DNA of 64,000 nucleotides, from assembly GCA_963717935.1 (NCBI GenBank), contig CAVQXP010000004.1, positions 1,856,001-1,920,000 on the forward strand. The letters are read 5' to 3'. Shown piece after piece: positions 62,829 to 64,000 of this stretch. Source of the stretch: Candidatus Eiseniibacteriota bacterium. Lineage in GTDB: Bacteria > Eisenbacteria > RBG-16-71-46. The notes under the pieces were generated by a model, which made no database searches, had not been told where the DNA came from, and saw only the letters and a program-made list of their open reading frames with translations. Position numbers and translations under genes: made by a program. Every line of letters begins with the position of its first letter. Position 1 is the stretch's first letter.

Positions 62829-63401
62829 CTGAACTTCTGGCACAGCTTCACCGCGCTGGACTGGGGGATCCTCGGTCTGGTCGTGGTGTTCGCTATTCGG
62901 GGCCTCATCCGCGGCTCGGTCCGGCAGGTGTTCGGCCTGCTGGGTTTCGTGGGTGGCCTCTGGTTGGCGATGCAGGTTTCACGGTGGGTCGGAGCGCAGT
63001 GGCTGGGCGCCCGGCCCGCTGTGGTCTATTGGGTGCTGCGATGGCTCGTGGCGGCCCTCGCAGGGCTCGTGGTGGCGTCCCTTCTTCATTGGTGGGGAAG
63101 TCTGCTTGGCAAGGCCGTCAAGGCTGGGCCGGCAGGATGGGTCGATCGCGTCTTCGGCGTGCTGCTGGGGGCGTTGATCGGCGTGATGTGGGCGATCGCG
63201 CTCGTGACGCTCGCGTTGCTTGCGCCCCGGCTGGTCGGGGTGGAAGCCGCGGTGACGCAGGCGCGCACGGCCCACGCGCTGGTGAGCACGGGTGCGCGCG
63301 CGTGCGATGCGGTCGAAGCGCGCGTGCCCAGGCTCCACGGGCTGGGGCGTCTGCTCCACGAGGCAGAACGTCGCGCCCGGGCGCATCCCCGTGGTTCGTG
63401 A
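62829..63401 (+). CDS. cvpA: CvpA family membrane protein (start uncertain)
   Basis: ALDWGIL, GLIRG, DRVFGVLLG; four TM segments. Confidence 0.8.
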   Translation: MNFWHSFTALDWGILGLVVVFAIRGLIRGSVRQVFGLLGFVGGLWLAMQVSRWVGAQWLGARPAVVYWVLRWLVAALAGLVVASLLHWWGSLLGKAVKAGPAGWVDRVFGVLLGALIGVMWAIALVTLALLAPRLVGVEAAVTQARTAHALVSTGARACDAVEARVPRLHGLGRLLHEAERRARAHPRGS

Positions 63402-63447
63402 CATCCAGGTGCGAGCGCGGGAAGGAACCCGCGCCGACGGGAGCGGC

Positions 63448-64000
63448 GTGGACGATCATTCCCTGCGACTCCTCGAATATGATCGCGTGACCGCTGCGGT
63501 CGCGGCGCGCGCGGCGGGGAGCGGTGCCCGCTCGCGTCTGCTCGCATGGCGGCCTCGCCCTGACGCCGCGGAGCGTGCGCGTGAGAACGCGCTGCTCGAC
63601 GCGGCGATCCGCCGCCAGGGCGAGCCCGACCCCTGGTGTCGCGTGGGCGCGGGCGATCTGGCGCCGCGGCTGGCTCCCGAGGCGCGCGAGGCCCTCGACG
63701 GAGCGGGGTTGGTCGAGGTGCTGGGCTGGCTCGAGGCGGGGCGCGAGACGCGCTCCCTGTGGTCCGACGAAGGCGTGCGCGCGCGCTTCCCCGGGCTGGT
63801 GGGCCTCGTAGACGCACTGCCCGAGGTGGAACTCCTGCGCCGCCGCCTGGCGTCCTCGCTGGAAGCGGACGGGCGCGTGACCGACGGGGCCTCGCCCGAC
63901 CTCGCCCGGCTGCGGCGCGGGCTCGAGCAGGGCGAGCGCGGGATCCAGCAGCGCCTCGAGCGCTGGGCGCACGGTTTCGGGGAATCGGCCTACGTGACCC
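63448..64000 (+). CDS. mutS2: MutS2 endonuclease, N-terminal part (runs off the window)
   Basis: Frame from GTG 63448 reads MDDHSLRLLEYDRV...LEADGRVTDGASPDLARLRR and stays open to the window end; follows cvpA. Confidence 0.8.
   Translation, partial: MDDHSLRLLEYDRVTAAVAARAAGSGARSRLLAWRPRPDAAERARENALLDAAIRRQGEPDPWCRVGAGDLAPRLAPEAREALDGAGLVEVLGWLEAGRETRSLWSDEGVRARFPGLVGLVDALPEVELLRRRLASSLEADGRVTDGASPDLARLRRGLEQGERGIQQRLERWAHGFGESAYVT

Overview
Very GC-rich bacterial chromosome segment from a diderm (lipid A acyltransferase, Omp85, secretin). Gene content and order suggest an FCB-related lineage such as Ca. Eisenbacteria, which is inference only. All recognisable genes but one (DUF3467) are on the + strand. 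Many genes, including essential ones, carry single-base frameshifts typical of an unpolished long-read assembly, so gene limits were rebuilt by eye across frames. Left to right the window holds: a giant SprA-like outer-membrane barrel with an Omp85 protein; a DinG helicase; hutH-hutU-hutI-ftcD; an SgmX-like TPR protein; a PHP phosphatase; a solitary ECF S-component with a TonB-receptor-like barrel; comEA; a Myxococcus/Geobacter-style type IVa pilus locus (pilB-T-C-S-R, two pilins, pilH/I/G-like ABC system, pilMNOPQ); aroK; a LolB-like/LolA-like pair; rsmD-coaD-pta-FmdB-like zinc ribbon-dead aconitase-obgE-HEAT protein-dprA-lpxL-thioesterase; DUF3467; a degenerate GAF histidine kinase; tRNA-Phe and tRNA-Thr; glmM-glmS-ridA; a UGA/Sec-containing selD with tRNA-Sec; lepA-lepB-hemW-hrcA-grpE-dnaJ-rsmE; and rpsU-cvpA-mutS2. 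Most notable: (1) three identically spaced sigma28-like promoters (TSARG-N15-RCCGATAA) ahead of the TPR gene, pilB and pilM, plus sigma54 promoters ahead of the pilin and the pilin ABC system, suggesting a two-sigma cascade for pili; (2) two apparently intact pseudoenzymes (aconitase, histidine kinase); (3) two uncharacterised outer-membrane modules. No CRISPR array, prophage, integrase or transposase was seen.
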